A DNA stretch of 42,327 nucleotides from Thermodesulfobacteriota bacterium (GTDB lineage: Bacteria; Desulfobacterota; Desulfobulbia; Desulfobulbales; SURF-16): contig JBFMAY010000038.1 of assembly GCA_040755455.1 (NCBI GenBank), positions 1-42,327 of the forward strand, read 5' to 3'. Made by a program: the position numbers and the translations under genes. Numbering within the stretch: position 1 is the stretch's first letter; the number at the start of each line of letters is the position of its first letter. Positions 16,199 through 25,720 of the stretch are shown here, piece after piece. The notes beneath the pieces were generated by a model that saw only the letters and a program-made list of their open reading frames with translations, did no database searches and was not told where the DNA came from.

Positions 16199-17383
16199 TT
16201 AATGTTCGGCGTTATGTTCAAAGGCGCGACCGAAGAATCTTTCACCAAGGATAAATGCTGCACCGACAAATCCAAGACCAGCCATGGTAACCAGCAGTTC
16301 GCTTACTGAAGGGGTATAGCTGAAGTATGCCGGCAGATTGTCCCATCCCTCATACTGGGGAACAAGCTGGCCTGCCACAACCAGGTCGTAGCGGGAGAAA
16401 AACTGACCTACCAGAACCATCAGAGATGCGGCAGACATGGCGGGCAGGCTTTTCATTTTCGTGAAGGCAAGCAGCGCCAGAGGGAAAATCAGGCCGATGC
16501 TGACTTCAAAGATCCAGAAGTTTGTTGCCAGTGGTCCGCCCATCAGAGCGTCTGCTGCTGCCCGGCCGCTTTCAGAACCGCCGACGTAGAAGGTAATTGT
16601 TCTCCATGCGGTGGCAACACCTACCAGGAAAAGCATCAGGGTAAGAACTTTGGCAGCACTCTGCACACCCTTATAGGTTGCCTCATTCATCTCTTCATTG
16701 CGCATTTTATAGGCGAAATTGGTGAAAAGCACGGCTGCTGCCGCACCGGACATGAATGAACAGGCCAGGAAGTAAATCGGCAACTGCGCACCATACCAGT
16801 AAGGACGGGCGGAAAGAGTGGCGAATACGGCACCCAGGTTGGTATTGGCGGCTACTTCTGCAAGAGCGCCAAGCACACCAAGGGTAATGGCAAGCTTATA
16901 CTGCTTGGTAAGGATCAGGAAAAATTCCACAAACATAAAGCCTACGGCCATTCCGTAAAGTGTTCCCATCCACCAGATATTGGATGTAAGGTTAGGAGAG
17001 GTGACGTTATAGATTGCCATTCTCCAGGGACTTTCAAGCTCAAGTCCGATTAAGGTAAATCCGCCGATAATGGTGATGATTGACAGCCAGACCATTCTGT
17101 TTGCCAGCGGTGCCAATCTGTTGCCGCCAAATATATGACTGATGGCGGCCAGCAGACAGAGACCGGTTGAGGTGATAGCGAAGAAAGCGTAGGAGGAGAT
17201 CAAAATCCCCCAAGGCATCTCGCGGGTATTGTTGTAAACATTGTGGTGACCGGCATAAAAACCGTAGAGACCGGCACCGACACCTACCACAGCCATCAAC
17301 ACGAAAAGCAGTGTGGTTTTATTCAAACCCGGTGTGGCAACCTTTGGTTCCGCAGTTGCTGCTAGTGAAAATCCGTTTGACAT
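16199..17383 (-). CDS. NrfD/PsrC-family integral membrane quinol-interacting subunit (copy 1)
   Basis: TREMPWGILISSYAFF, SPNLTSNIWWMGTLYG and RYDLVVAGQ motifs; about 10 TM helices; ATG 17383 follows GAGGAGG. Confidence 0.85.
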   Translation of the reverse strand: MSNGFSLAATAEPKVATPGLNKTTLLFVLMAVVGVGAGLYGFYAGHHNVYNNTREMPWGILISSYAFFAITSTGLCLLAAISHIFGGNRLAPLANRMVWLSIITIIGGFTLIGLELESPWRMAIYNVTSPNLTSNIWWMGTLYGMAVGFMFVEFFLILTKQYKLAITLGVLGALAEVAANTNLGAVFATLSARPYWYGAQLPIYFLACSFMSGAAAAVLFTNFAYKMRNEEMNEATYKGVQSAAKVLTLMLFLVGVATAWRTITFYVGGSESGRAAADALMGGPLATNFWIFEVSIGLIFPLALLAFTKMKSLPAMSAASLMVLVGQFFSRYDLVVAGQLVPQYEGWDNLPAYFSYTPSVSELLVTMAGLGFVGAAFILGERFFGRAFEHNAEH

Positions 17384-17595
17384 TTTCCGTCCTCCTCTCA
17401 TTTTGCGTTAAACAAATTAAATTGGATATTTTAGATGACAGTTTTCCTGTCCAACTGATACCTGTAAAAAAAATCTTGCGTCAACCTCACAAATCTGCTA
17501 AAAATTCCCTGTTCGTTTGATCCATTAACAACCTCAGTTCAGACCGCCATCCGATGAAGTTGCACCAGAAGGATCAAACATCATGCAGTAGCTGC

Positions 17596-17823
17596 TTAAA
17601 CCGGTTCGGGTTCGCGCTGGTTTTCGTTCTTTGTCGCCAGGCTGTGCAGGCCGATGATCACGGCAACTATTGAAAAGGGTCCCATGATGACGAAAAGGCA
17701 GAGCGAGAGAGTAAACCAAAAAGCCTCGCTTAACTGACTCATCTTATCAGCCAGCTTTGTAACTATTGATTTTTTCTCGTTTTTACTTTGAACCGTTGAA
17801 AGCAGATGGATTAAGGCACTCAT
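17596..17823 (-). CDS. Small membrane protein (75 aa), probably sigma54-dependent
   Basis: Strong RBS AAAGGAGG; hydrophobic segment FWFTLSLCLFVIMGPFSIVAVIIGL; sigma54 motif upstream. Confidence 0.7.
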   Translation of the reverse strand: MSALIHLLSTVQSKNEKKSIVTKLADKMSQLSEAFWFTLSLCLFVIMGPFSIVAVIIGLHSLATKNENQREPEPV

Positions 17824-17882
17824 GACAGCCTCCTTTTTTCTCGTTCTTGGCTAGGCTTCTATCTCGTTTGATTGAATAGAAG

Positions 17883-17898
17883 AGCAATCGGTATGCCA
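17883..17898 (-). promoter_or_regulatory. sigma54 (-24/-12) promoter
   Basis: Minus strand TGGCATACCGATTGCT with exact GG-N10-GC spacing, about 60 nt upstream of the ATG at 17823. Confidence 0.7.
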
Positions 17899-18673
17899 TC
17901 AGGAGGAAAAATTTGTTTTCATGACTAACCGGAATCCCTAACTCCTTCTAATTTCATGCAAATCATCTGTTGTATATTTTCATTTCCAAGATCTTTCTTC
18001 AAAAATTATATCCATATTATCTATCAGCATGGGCTCATAATGCGCCATGCCTCGCGAGACAATCTCTAGCAAATTGCGCCCGCAAAATGCATCAGACAGC
18101 AAAATCTCACCCGCTCCTTTCGCGCCCAGGCAGCAAAAATAGGCATAATTGTTTAAATTTCAACATGTTATCCCTGCGACAATCTGCCTCAGACAAATTC
18201 TGCGCCTGAAACTTACCCGCACCTAACCGGAACTGATCAATTTTCGCCCAGTATTGCAATACTCACAGGTCAAAAAAACAGCAAATTGCTGAGCACAATT
18301 TATATAGAAAAAACAGCAAATTAGCTAAACAGAGCGAAAAATTCTCCAGAGTCAGGCGATCAGAACTGGTTGCTCAAGAGAAAATAAAGGGAAGGGGAAA
18401 AGATAAGGGCAAAGGCTAAAACAGGCCTCAGGACAGGAGGAAACAGCGAGTAGGATATTGAACATCGGCGCATACAACTATAGACAAGAACTTGTAAATC
18501 AAAAGATTACGATTATATGAATAAGGCTTGCTTGAGGTAAAATGTCTGGAAGGAGGCGCAAGAAACGCCTTGATTGAAGGAAGATTCTTCTGTTAATGGG
18601 AGAAAGACTCCTGCAAAGGCGGAATTATCTCCTTTCCGCCTTTGCAGGATCTCACCTCAGAACATCATATCAA

Positions 18674-19126
18674 TTAATGCCCACCACCATGGGCGTCGGT
18701 CTTTGGTCCGCCCTGCATGCGATCAAAACCCTTTACGCCGATATGGCAAACCGTGCAGCGGGTATTGGACGCAAAAGCAGTCTGCCCGTCATGGCAGGTG
18801 CCGCAATATTTGCCATCATAAAGGGACTGCATGGTGAAATCATCATTCTGCTCAGCAGAGCCGATCTCCATCTGAAAAACCTCATCATGGCAGCTGTCAC
18901 ATTCAAGACCTGCATCCATGGTATGAACCTTATGGGTGAAGATCACCGCCTTTACCGGAGCGGTAAAGACAATCGGCGCCTCGGGGCCATAGGTATCCTC
19001 ATCATACTCTTCCTCCCCAATCGCCTGCCCCCCCACCAGGACCAAAAACAACCCGGCAAGAGCCAATACACTTAAGAAACCCGCAAAACCTTTCTGATCG
19101 ATATTCATATTTACCCTCTCTGGCAA
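18674..19126 (-). CDS. Periplasmic triheme cytochrome c (c7/c3-like)
   Basis: Signal/TM segment; FTHKVH; three CxxCH motifs (CDSCH, CGTCH, CTVCH). Confidence 0.85.
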   Translation of the reverse strand: MPERVNMNIDQKGFAGFLSVLALAGLFLVLVGGQAIGEEEYDEDTYGPEAPIVFTAPVKAVIFTHKVHTMDAGLECDSCHDEVFQMEIGSAEQNDDFTMQSLYDGKYCGTCHDGQTAFASNTRCTVCHIGVKGFDRMQGGPKTDAHGGGH

Positions 19127-19885
19127 TTAGTCGTTCATATAGTAGATATTGGGAAGCGCTCCGGTTTCAGGACGCAACACCCAAGCAACCTTTTCAGGAG
19201 TATGGATAAGCTTATAAACCCTGCTGCCAGAATCGGAAAGATCACCAAATACACGAACATCAGCTGGACAGGCGGCGGCGCAGGCCGTCTCTTTCTCTCC
19301 GCTTGCAAGTCGCGTATCAAAACAGAAATTACATTTATCGACCGCGCGGTTCTCTTCCTTGAAGTAACGTGCATTGTAAGGACAGGCGGCCATGCAGGTT
19401 TTACAACCGATGCATTTCTTATAATCCATCATGACGATACCGGTCTTCTCATCTTTAAATGTGGCCTTTGTCGGACAAACACGCACACATGGGGGACGGT
19501 TGCAGTGGTTGCAGAGAACCGGCATAAAAATGCGTTCATTTTCGCCGGGACTGGTTTCCCGCGCCATCTCCAGAATTGTCGTTCTGTATCCGTAGGAAGG
19601 CACATGATTGGTTTTTGCGCATGCCTCCTTGCACCGCTCACAATCCACGCAGCGATTCTGGCGAATCACCATGGAATAATGAGGACTGTAAGGGAATTTC
19701 TGAGCCTGTGGAGGCAGGACCTCAACAGCACCCTGCACATTGCGGGCTGAAGTCAATGACAAGATGGACCCACCCAGGAACACGCCTGTTACCGAGAGGC
19801 CGAATTTCAAAAAACTCCGTCGCTCATGAGAGGGCAAATTTTCAACTCCCTCATTTTTGAGCTTTTCCAAGTCGCTAATTCTCAT
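19127..19885 (-). CDS. Tat-exported 4x[4Fe-4S] protein (NrfC/PsrB/TtrB family)
   Basis: Twin-arginine RRSFLK; CVDCERC, CNHCNRPPCVRVCP, CIGCKTCMAACPY, KCNFC...CAAACP. Confidence 0.88.
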   Translation of the reverse strand: MRISDLEKLKNEGVENLPSHERRSFLKFGLSVTGVFLGGSILSLTSARNVQGAVEVLPPQAQKFPYSPHYSMVIRQNRCVDCERCKEACAKTNHVPSYGYRTTILEMARETSPGENERIFMPVLCNHCNRPPCVRVCPTKATFKDEKTGIVMMDYKKCIGCKTCMAACPYNARYFKEENRAVDKCNFCFDTRLASGEKETACAAACPADVRVFGDLSDSGSRVYKLIHTPEKVAWVLRPETGALPNIYYMND

Positions 19886-20216
19886 AGTGCATCTCCCTCA
19901 AAAAATTATTAACACGGCAGTCGGCAAAGGCAGGCCGCCAATTTTTGCGAGTCATTCAAATAAGTTAGAACAATAAAATCTAAAACAAAACAACCAAGCT
20001 GCCGTTTGGCAAATATATACAACTGCGTCGCACAAACAATCACACAAAAGCAAAACTGTCAAGTCAATTCTGCAACAGCTAACTCAGCAAGGAAGCAGCT
20101 TACAGACTCAAACGGCTTGACTGCAGACAAGCTTATGACTAAGTTGCTTTCCTTTAACTCAAGATCGATCCACCTAGCCAGCTGCCTGACCATCACCATC
20201 ATAGAAAATTCGCAAT

Positions 20217-22610
20217 ATGAAAAAGCAAAACATAGCCCCACACCAGGTTTCACTTCCCGTATTTACCCTAAACGCCAAATGGCAGATCGCCTTCTTCAGC
20301 CAGGCCGCCGAAAATCTGCTGGGAGTTAAAGCTGCGGCCGCCATCGGCATGAATTGCCGAGATTTTTTCAATCATCCCGATCACCTGGCGGATTTTTTAA
20401 AACTCTGCTCCAATATGGCTTCAGGCAAGTCGATGACATCCTTCCCCATGGTGCTGAAAAATCCCGCCACCGGGCAGAATCCTGCCGTTATCGTGACAGC
20501 CATTCCTCTTCCGGACAACTCGGGCAAGGTTGCCGGGGCTGTGGTCAGTTTGCAGGAAACACCTCAATCATTCATGGTCAACCAGCTGGTGCTTGATTCA
20601 CTGGCCGACGGAGTATTTACCGTTGATATCAACTGGCAGATCACCTCTTTCAACAAAACGGCGGAAGCCATCACCGGCTGGTCCCAGGAAGAGGTTATCG
20701 GCAGATCCTGCCGGGAAATTTTTCACTCCAATGTCTGCGGCGAATCTTGCCTTCTCGCCAAGAGTGTTCGTGACGGCAGAACCATCCTGGACAGGTCGAT
20801 CTTTATCGAGAGAAAAGACGGCACAGCGGTGCCGGTCAGCATAAGCGCCGCCCCTTTGACGGATCATGAAGGGAAAGTCATCGGCGGAGCGGAAAGCTTC
20901 CGAGATATCACCGCAACCATCACCAAAAAACTGATTTTAAATTCCATAGCCGACGGGGTCTTCACGGTGGACCGCAACTGGAAGATCAGCTCATTCAACA
21001 AGGCTGCGGAATCCATAACCGGCTGGACAGAAAAGGAAGCAATCGGCAAATCATGCAGCCAGATTTTTCATTCGAATGTCTGCGGCGAGGCATGTATTCT
21101 TGGTCAGAGCGTCAAACAACGAAAAATAATTACCGACCAGACCATATACATAAAATCGAAAAAAGGCGAAACCGTGCCGATCAATATCAGCGCCGCCCCC
21201 TTCCTGGACCATCATGGAAAAATCATCGGCGGCATTGAGACCTTCAGGGATATGACGAGCAGCATAAAAAATCATCTCATCCTTGATTCCATCGCCGACG
21301 GGGTTTTCACGGTGGACCGCAACTGGAAGATCACCTCATTCAACCGGGCAGCGGAACAAATTACCGGCTGGTCAAGCAATGACGCTATCGGTAAATTCTG
21401 CAGTGATATTTTCCATTCAAGCATTTGCGGGAAAAACTGCGCCATTGCCCAATGCCTTTACAGCGGCAAGCCTGTTTCCAATCTTTCCATCACCGTAACC
21501 AACGCCAAGGGAGAAAAAATTCCGGTCAGCATCAGCGCTGCACCACTCATCGACAATGACGGCAACATTATCGGCGGAGTAGAAACATTCCGCGACCTGT
21601 CAACTCTCGCCAGCCTGCGCAAACAGCTGACAAAAAATTACACCTTTGACGAGATCATCAGCAAAAGCGCCGCAATGCAACGAATATTCAATATCCTGCC
21701 GGATATCGCCAAAAGCCCGAGCACTGTGCTGATACTGGGGGAAAGCGGTACAGGAAAAGAGCTGGTGGCTCGCGCCATTTACCATGCCAGCCACAGGGCT
21801 GAGCAACCTTTTGTCATCGTTAACTGTGGGGCCCTGCCCGAAACATTACTCGAATCGGAACTGTTCGGTTACAAGGCAGGGGCATTCACCGACGCCAAGA
21901 AAGACAAAATCGGCCGCTTTGCCGCTGCTGATAAAGGCACCCTGTTCCTCGATGAAATCGGCGACATCCCCCAATCCCTGCAGGTGAAACTCCTCCGGGT
22001 GCTGCAGAACAAGATATACGAACCCCTTGGCTCCAACACGCCCATTTCAGCCGATGTCCGCATTATCACCGCCACCAACCGCAATCTGCAGGATCTGGTG
22101 CAACAGGGATCTTTCCGGGAGGATCTTTTTTACCGGCTCAACGTGGTGAAAATTCACCTGCCGCCCTTGCGGGAGAGGAGAGAAGACATCCCCCTGCTGA
22201 CCGATCATTTCATCAAGCAGTTCAGCGCGCTGCAGGGCAAGGATATCGTGGGCATTGCCAGTGCGGCCTTGAACATTCTCATGCGCTACGATTATCCGGG
22301 CAACATCAGAGAATTGGAAAACATCATTGAATACGCCTTTATTCTCTGCGACGGAGGCTTTATCCAACCCGAACACCTGCCCGAACCTTTTTATACCCCT
22401 GGCAGCGTTGCCCAGGCGAAAGTCGAGCTGTCACCGACCGCTTCCCAGACCCTGGAAGAAATCGAAAAGCAGGCGATCTATCTTTCCCTGGAGAAAAACA
22501 AATGGCGCAAGATGGGTACCTGCCGGGAACTGGGCATATCAAAGGACACCCTGCGCCGCAAAATTGACCGTTACGGCCTGACGAACCCGACTGGGGAGGA
22601 GACTGACTAA
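20217..22610 (+). CDS. sigma54-dependent enhancer-binding protein with four PAS domains and Fis-type HTH
   Basis: GESGTGKE, ESELFGYKAGAFTDA, LFLDEIGD, FREDLFYRLNV, YPGNIRELEN and a C-terminal HTH; three PAS repeats at an exact 345-nt period. Confidence 0.92.
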   Translation: MKKQNIAPHQVSLPVFTLNAKWQIAFFSQAAENLLGVKAAAAIGMNCRDFFNHPDHLADFLKLCSNMASGKSMTSFPMVLKNPATGQNPAVIVTAIPLPDNSGKVAGAVVSLQETPQSFMVNQLVLDSLADGVFTVDINWQITSFNKTAEAITGWSQEEVIGRSCREIFHSNVCGESCLLAKSVRDGRTILDRSIFIERKDGTAVPVSISAAPLTDHEGKVIGGAESFRDITATITKKLILNSIADGVFTVDRNWKISSFNKAAESITGWTEKEAIGKSCSQIFHSNVCGEACILGQSVKQRKIITDQTIYIKSKKGETVPINISAAPFLDHHGKIIGGIETFRDMTSSIKNHLILDSIADGVFTVDRNWKITSFNRAAEQITGWSSNDAIGKFCSDIFHSSICGKNCAIAQCLYSGKPVSNLSITVTNAKGEKIPVSISAAPLIDNDGNIIGGVETFRDLSTLASLRKQLTKNYTFDEIISKSAAMQRIFNILPDIAKSPSTVLILGESGTGKELVARAIYHASHRAEQPFVIVNCGALPETLLESELFGYKAGAFTDAKKDKIGRFAAADKGTLFLDEIGDIPQSLQVKLLRVLQNKIYEPLGSNTPISADVRIITATNRNLQDLVQQGSFREDLFYRLNVVKIHLPPLRERREDIPLLTDHFIKQFSALQGKDIVGIASAALNILMRYDYPGNIRELENIIEYAFILCDGGFIQPEHLPEPFYTPGSVAQAKVELSPTASQTLEEIEKQAIYLSLEKNKWRKMGTCRELGISKDTLRRKIDRYGLTNPTGEETD

Positions 22611-22656
22611 GAGAGCTCGCGGTGACGCCTTATGGCAAACAGGCCCGACCTTGAAA

Positions 22657-22705
22657 TAAAAACAGCGGTGTTCCTCTCCAGAACGGAGGAACACCGCTGT
22701 TTTTA
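22657..22705. terminator. Bidirectional intrinsic terminator
   Basis: TAAAAACAGCGGTGTTCCTC / GAGGAACACCGCTGTTTTTA, a perfect 20-bp inverted repeat between convergent genes. Confidence 0.85.
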
Positions 22706-22856
22706 ACATAACATATTTATCAGCAGATTTTCATCTCAAGAGGCTAAACGGACAGAGTCCTCCTCCCCTCTTTCAACCGGGATATACCTGCTTATCCACA
22801 CAATTTTCTTGCCTGCTCCTGAAAAGCGTCGGCAAGAGGAGAGTTGTGCGGGAAAA

Positions 22857-23300
22857 TCAACCTGGTAATACTCGCTTTTTTTTTCCAGTGGTTTTTTTTT
22901 TCTTTTCCAGATCTGCCAACTTTGCCTGGCGCTCAGCAACTTTATCGCCGACCTCGTGCAGGGTGCGGGGACAAGACCAGTCAACCCGCGCCAGACATCC
23001 TTCGTGGATTTCAGCGGGGCAACCGGCTACTTCCCAGCAGGGAATCAGCTTCAGCAACTTCTTCAAACCGGGAATACTGATGCCCTGCTCATGAATCATC
23101 GTCCGCAGACAATCAATCCATCTGATATCATTAGGCGAGAACATTCGTCGTGATCCACGATGGGCGGGCTTTATCAATCCTTCAGCTTCATAAATTCGAA
23201 GCGTTCTCGGATGGACATTGAGCAATTTTGCCGCAACACCAATCGGGTAAATCGGCAAATCAGGCCGTAAGGGCTGTATATCAGACTTCTTTCTGGCCAT
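22857..23300 (-). CDS. MerR/HspR-like transcriptional regulator with Cys-rich C-terminus (copy 2)
   Basis: YPIGVAAKLLNVHPRTLRIYEAEGLIKP; WIDCLR, PCWEVAGCP...C; ATG 23300 follows AAGGAG. Confidence 0.85.
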   Translation of the reverse strand: MARKKSDIQPLRPDLPIYPIGVAAKLLNVHPRTLRIYEAEGLIKPAHRGSRRMFSPNDIRWIDCLRTMIHEQGISIPGLKKLLKLIPCWEVAGCPAEIHEGCLARVDWSCPRTLHEVGDKVAERQAKLADLEKKKKTTGKKKRVLPG

Positions 23301-23396
23301 TATATTCTCCTTAGACTCTTTGTCCTGCTTTGCAGCTTTTGCGAAAGAGGTGGAGAAGATAAGCCTCTCCACCTTCCTTGTCCATAAAGCCATTTT

Positions 23397-24593
23397 TTAG
23401 TGATCCTCGGACAGATGACCTTTGAAAAGACGCTCACCCATCAGGAATCCCATGGCACAAAGAGACATACCGCCAACCACAACCATAATCTCATGGAGGC
23501 TCGGGGTATATGACCACAGATGAGGCTGACCCAGGATACCCATTTCATGGAACTGGGGGACAATCATACCAACCACCACCAGATCATAGCGCATGATGAA
23601 GATACCGATTATGCTTGAAACGGATGCAATGAAAAGGGCGGTTAAATTTTTTGCCCGGACAGCAAGAATAATACTGAAAGGAATAACCATGCCCATCATG
23701 ACCTCGCCGATCCAGAAATTTACCGAATAGGGACCACTCAGGATAGACATCATGGCCTCGTATTTTCCTGGGGGTTGACCACTGACACCGGAAATCACCT
23801 TCCAGCAGGTGAAAAACATAATGACGGTCATCAGCAGGGCGCCCAGTTTGGCGGTTGACTGCAGGGAGCTCTCAAGGGCCGGGCTCATCTTCCAGCCGTT
23901 AGCCTTGTAGCCGATCCAGTGGAAGAAGATAACGGCAGCACTACCTGACATCATGGCAGAGGTGATGAAGTAAATGGGCATGTAGGGTCCGTGCCAGAAT
24001 TCACGGCCATTGAGCAATCCGAATACCGCACCGAGATTACTGTGGGCGGCCACACCGGATACCACGCCGAGCAGACCCAAGTATCCGGCCTGTTTGTGTT
24101 TGCCGGCCTGGAGCAGGGCAAACTCAATCAGCATGAAAAAGAGATATGCGCCGTACAGCGTACCCATCCACCAGATGTTGGAGGTCAGGTTTGGCGAAAT
24201 AACATTCCAGATAGCCATACGCCAGGGGTTTTCAATCTCAAAGGCAATTACCACAAAACCTGCGATGATGGTGGTAATGGCCATGAAAACCGACCGTTTG
24301 GCGATCGGCTTGAAAGCCTCGATGTTAAACACATGACCGATTGATGAAACAAGACACAGACCAGTTGAGGTTACAACAAAGAAAACATAGGTGGCGATCA
24401 GAATGCCCCAGGGAACTTCCCTGGTAACATTATAGGCCGCATGATAGCCCTGCAAAAAGGCATGCACACCAAAACCGATACCAACCACGGCCAACAAGGC
24501 ACTCAAGGCGATTGCGGCATTATAGCCGCCAGAGGATTTTACCGACAGTCCCTCACCCTCTTGGGGGAGAACATGAGCTAATATATTGTTCAT
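23397..24593 (-). CDS. NrfD/PsrC-family integral membrane subunit (copy 2)
   Basis: TREVPWGILIATYVFF, SPNLTSNIWWMGTLYG and RYDLVVVG; clear paralogue of 16199..17383. Start 24593 chosen for its GGAG RBS (24620 is possible). Confidence 0.85.
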   Translation of the reverse strand: MNNILAHVLPQEGEGLSVKSSGGYNAAIALSALLAVVGIGFGVHAFLQGYHAAYNVTREVPWGILIATYVFFVVTSTGLCLVSSIGHVFNIEAFKPIAKRSVFMAITTIIAGFVVIAFEIENPWRMAIWNVISPNLTSNIWWMGTLYGAYLFFMLIEFALLQAGKHKQAGYLGLLGVVSGVAAHSNLGAVFGLLNGREFWHGPYMPIYFITSAMMSGSAAVIFFHWIGYKANGWKMSPALESSLQSTAKLGALLMTVIMFFTCWKVISGVSGQPPGKYEAMMSILSGPYSVNFWIGEVMMGMVIPFSIILAVRAKNLTALFIASVSSIIGIFIMRYDLVVVGMIVPQFHEMGILGQPHLWSYTPSLHEIMVVVGGMSLCAMGFLMGERLFKGHLSEDH

Positions 24594-24651
24594 TGCATTC
24601 ACTCCTTCGATTTTTTTCATGGATCACAAGGACATTCATTAAAAAATGTGA

Positions 24652-24768
24652 CTAGGAAAAATCACTTTCTTCACGAACCGCACGAAGCACCGGCCTGACC
24701 TTGAGATCATAAACCGTATGGAGCGAAGCGCAACCTAGCCAAAAAACGAGAAATAATATGCCGTCCAT
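24652..24768 (-). CDS. Putative 38-aa small membrane protein upstream of nrfD2
   Basis: AAGGAG RBS, then MDGILFLVFWLGCASLHTVYDLKVRPVLRAVREESDFS. Confidence 0.45.
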   Translation of the reverse strand: MDGILFLVFWLGCASLHTVYDLKVRPVLRAVREESDFS

Positions 24769-25228
24769 TTGCTTCTCCTTTACAATAAGCGAGCATCTCT
24801 GCTCAAAAACTTTTCTCTCTCTCTTTCCGGAACAAATTGGCGGATCCACTCCGGGAAGTCTCCTCTTTTCCTGTCTGCCCACACCTCCTTTTTAAAAAAT
24901 GAAAAACGTAGTCTTGAGAAATTTTTCTATAAAATATCATCAACAAACAATTACACTAAACTTTAGGATATATTTAAAACAGGACATCAGCATTGTCAAG
25001 AAAAAATATCAATGCAATTACAAATTAAGTTTAACATCGATGGATCATTTCCTGCCCGTTCCACTTTCAGCTCTGCGCCATAAGCCCAGTCAATATATTA
25101 TTTTTACTTTAAAATCAATAAATTACAAACAAAACAGCCCGGAAGAAAATCCAAATAGGCCAACAAAGCAGAATGAGGCCTTCTTTTACGCAAAAATCGC
25201 AACATGAGCCCATCACACAAACACACAG

Positions 25229-25243
25229 GACGCATAGTGCGTC
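25229..25243. promoter_or_regulatory. Palindromic candidate enhancer (UAS) for a sigma54 activator
   Basis: GACGCA-tag-TGCGTC about 115 nt upstream of the sigma54 promoter; a related GGCGCA-caa-TGCGCC lies at 25664-25678. Confidence 0.45.
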
Positions 25244-25355
25244 ATGCATGTCAAATCACCACACCCAACCGCCAACCCGGCACCAAACAGCTAACTTTTT
25301 GAAATCACAATAAAAACAAAAACGACAACAAGCTTTTTCACAGCAAACCGACACA

Positions 25356-25371
25356 TGGCACGCCTGTTGCT
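25356..25371 (+). promoter_or_regulatory. sigma54 (-24/-12) promoter
   Basis: TGGCACGCCTGTTGCT, a consensus TGGCAC-N5-TTGCW. Confidence 0.8.
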
Positions 25372-25381
25372 ATATAGAGAA

Positions 25382-25550
25382 TGCATCAAGCTTGCTCTAT
25401 ATAGCCAACACGAGAAAGCTTCTCCAATTGACCCCTTGGGTGGCGGCCCGGGGAGTTAAAAGTAAACCAGAGAGATATACACTGTAATCAACCAAAAAAC
25501 AACACAGCTTCTTCCTCCTAGACCTGGCCGGCCGGCCAGGTCTTTTTTTT
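25382..25550 (+). ncRNA. Putative sigma54-dependent small RNA (~170 nt)
   Basis: Lies between a consensus sigma54 promoter and a strong intrinsic terminator; no RBS-led ORF seen. Ends are inferred. Confidence 0.5.
25520..25550 (+). terminator. Rho-independent terminator
   Basis: AGACCTGGCCG / CGGCCAGGTCT stem followed by a T run. Confidence 0.85.
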
Positions 25551-25720
25551 ATGCTTTTCCATGCATATAGCCGCTTTACCTTTCCGCAAACTTATGTTTA
25601 TATCCTAATTATTGCATGAGGGATTTTTCTTCCGGGCGAATTACCACCCCCAGGAAATAAATGGGCGCACAATGCGCCCAAAGACGAAATATACAAAAAT
25701 CACATCCCAGGAGGACTTTT

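Noticed and set aside
25661..25720. Upstream ATG start for ftsH
   Set aside because: TTG 25721 has AGGAGG at good spacing and gives the typical [10 protein letters not shown]-terminus; the upstream stretch contains a palindrome and looks regulatory.
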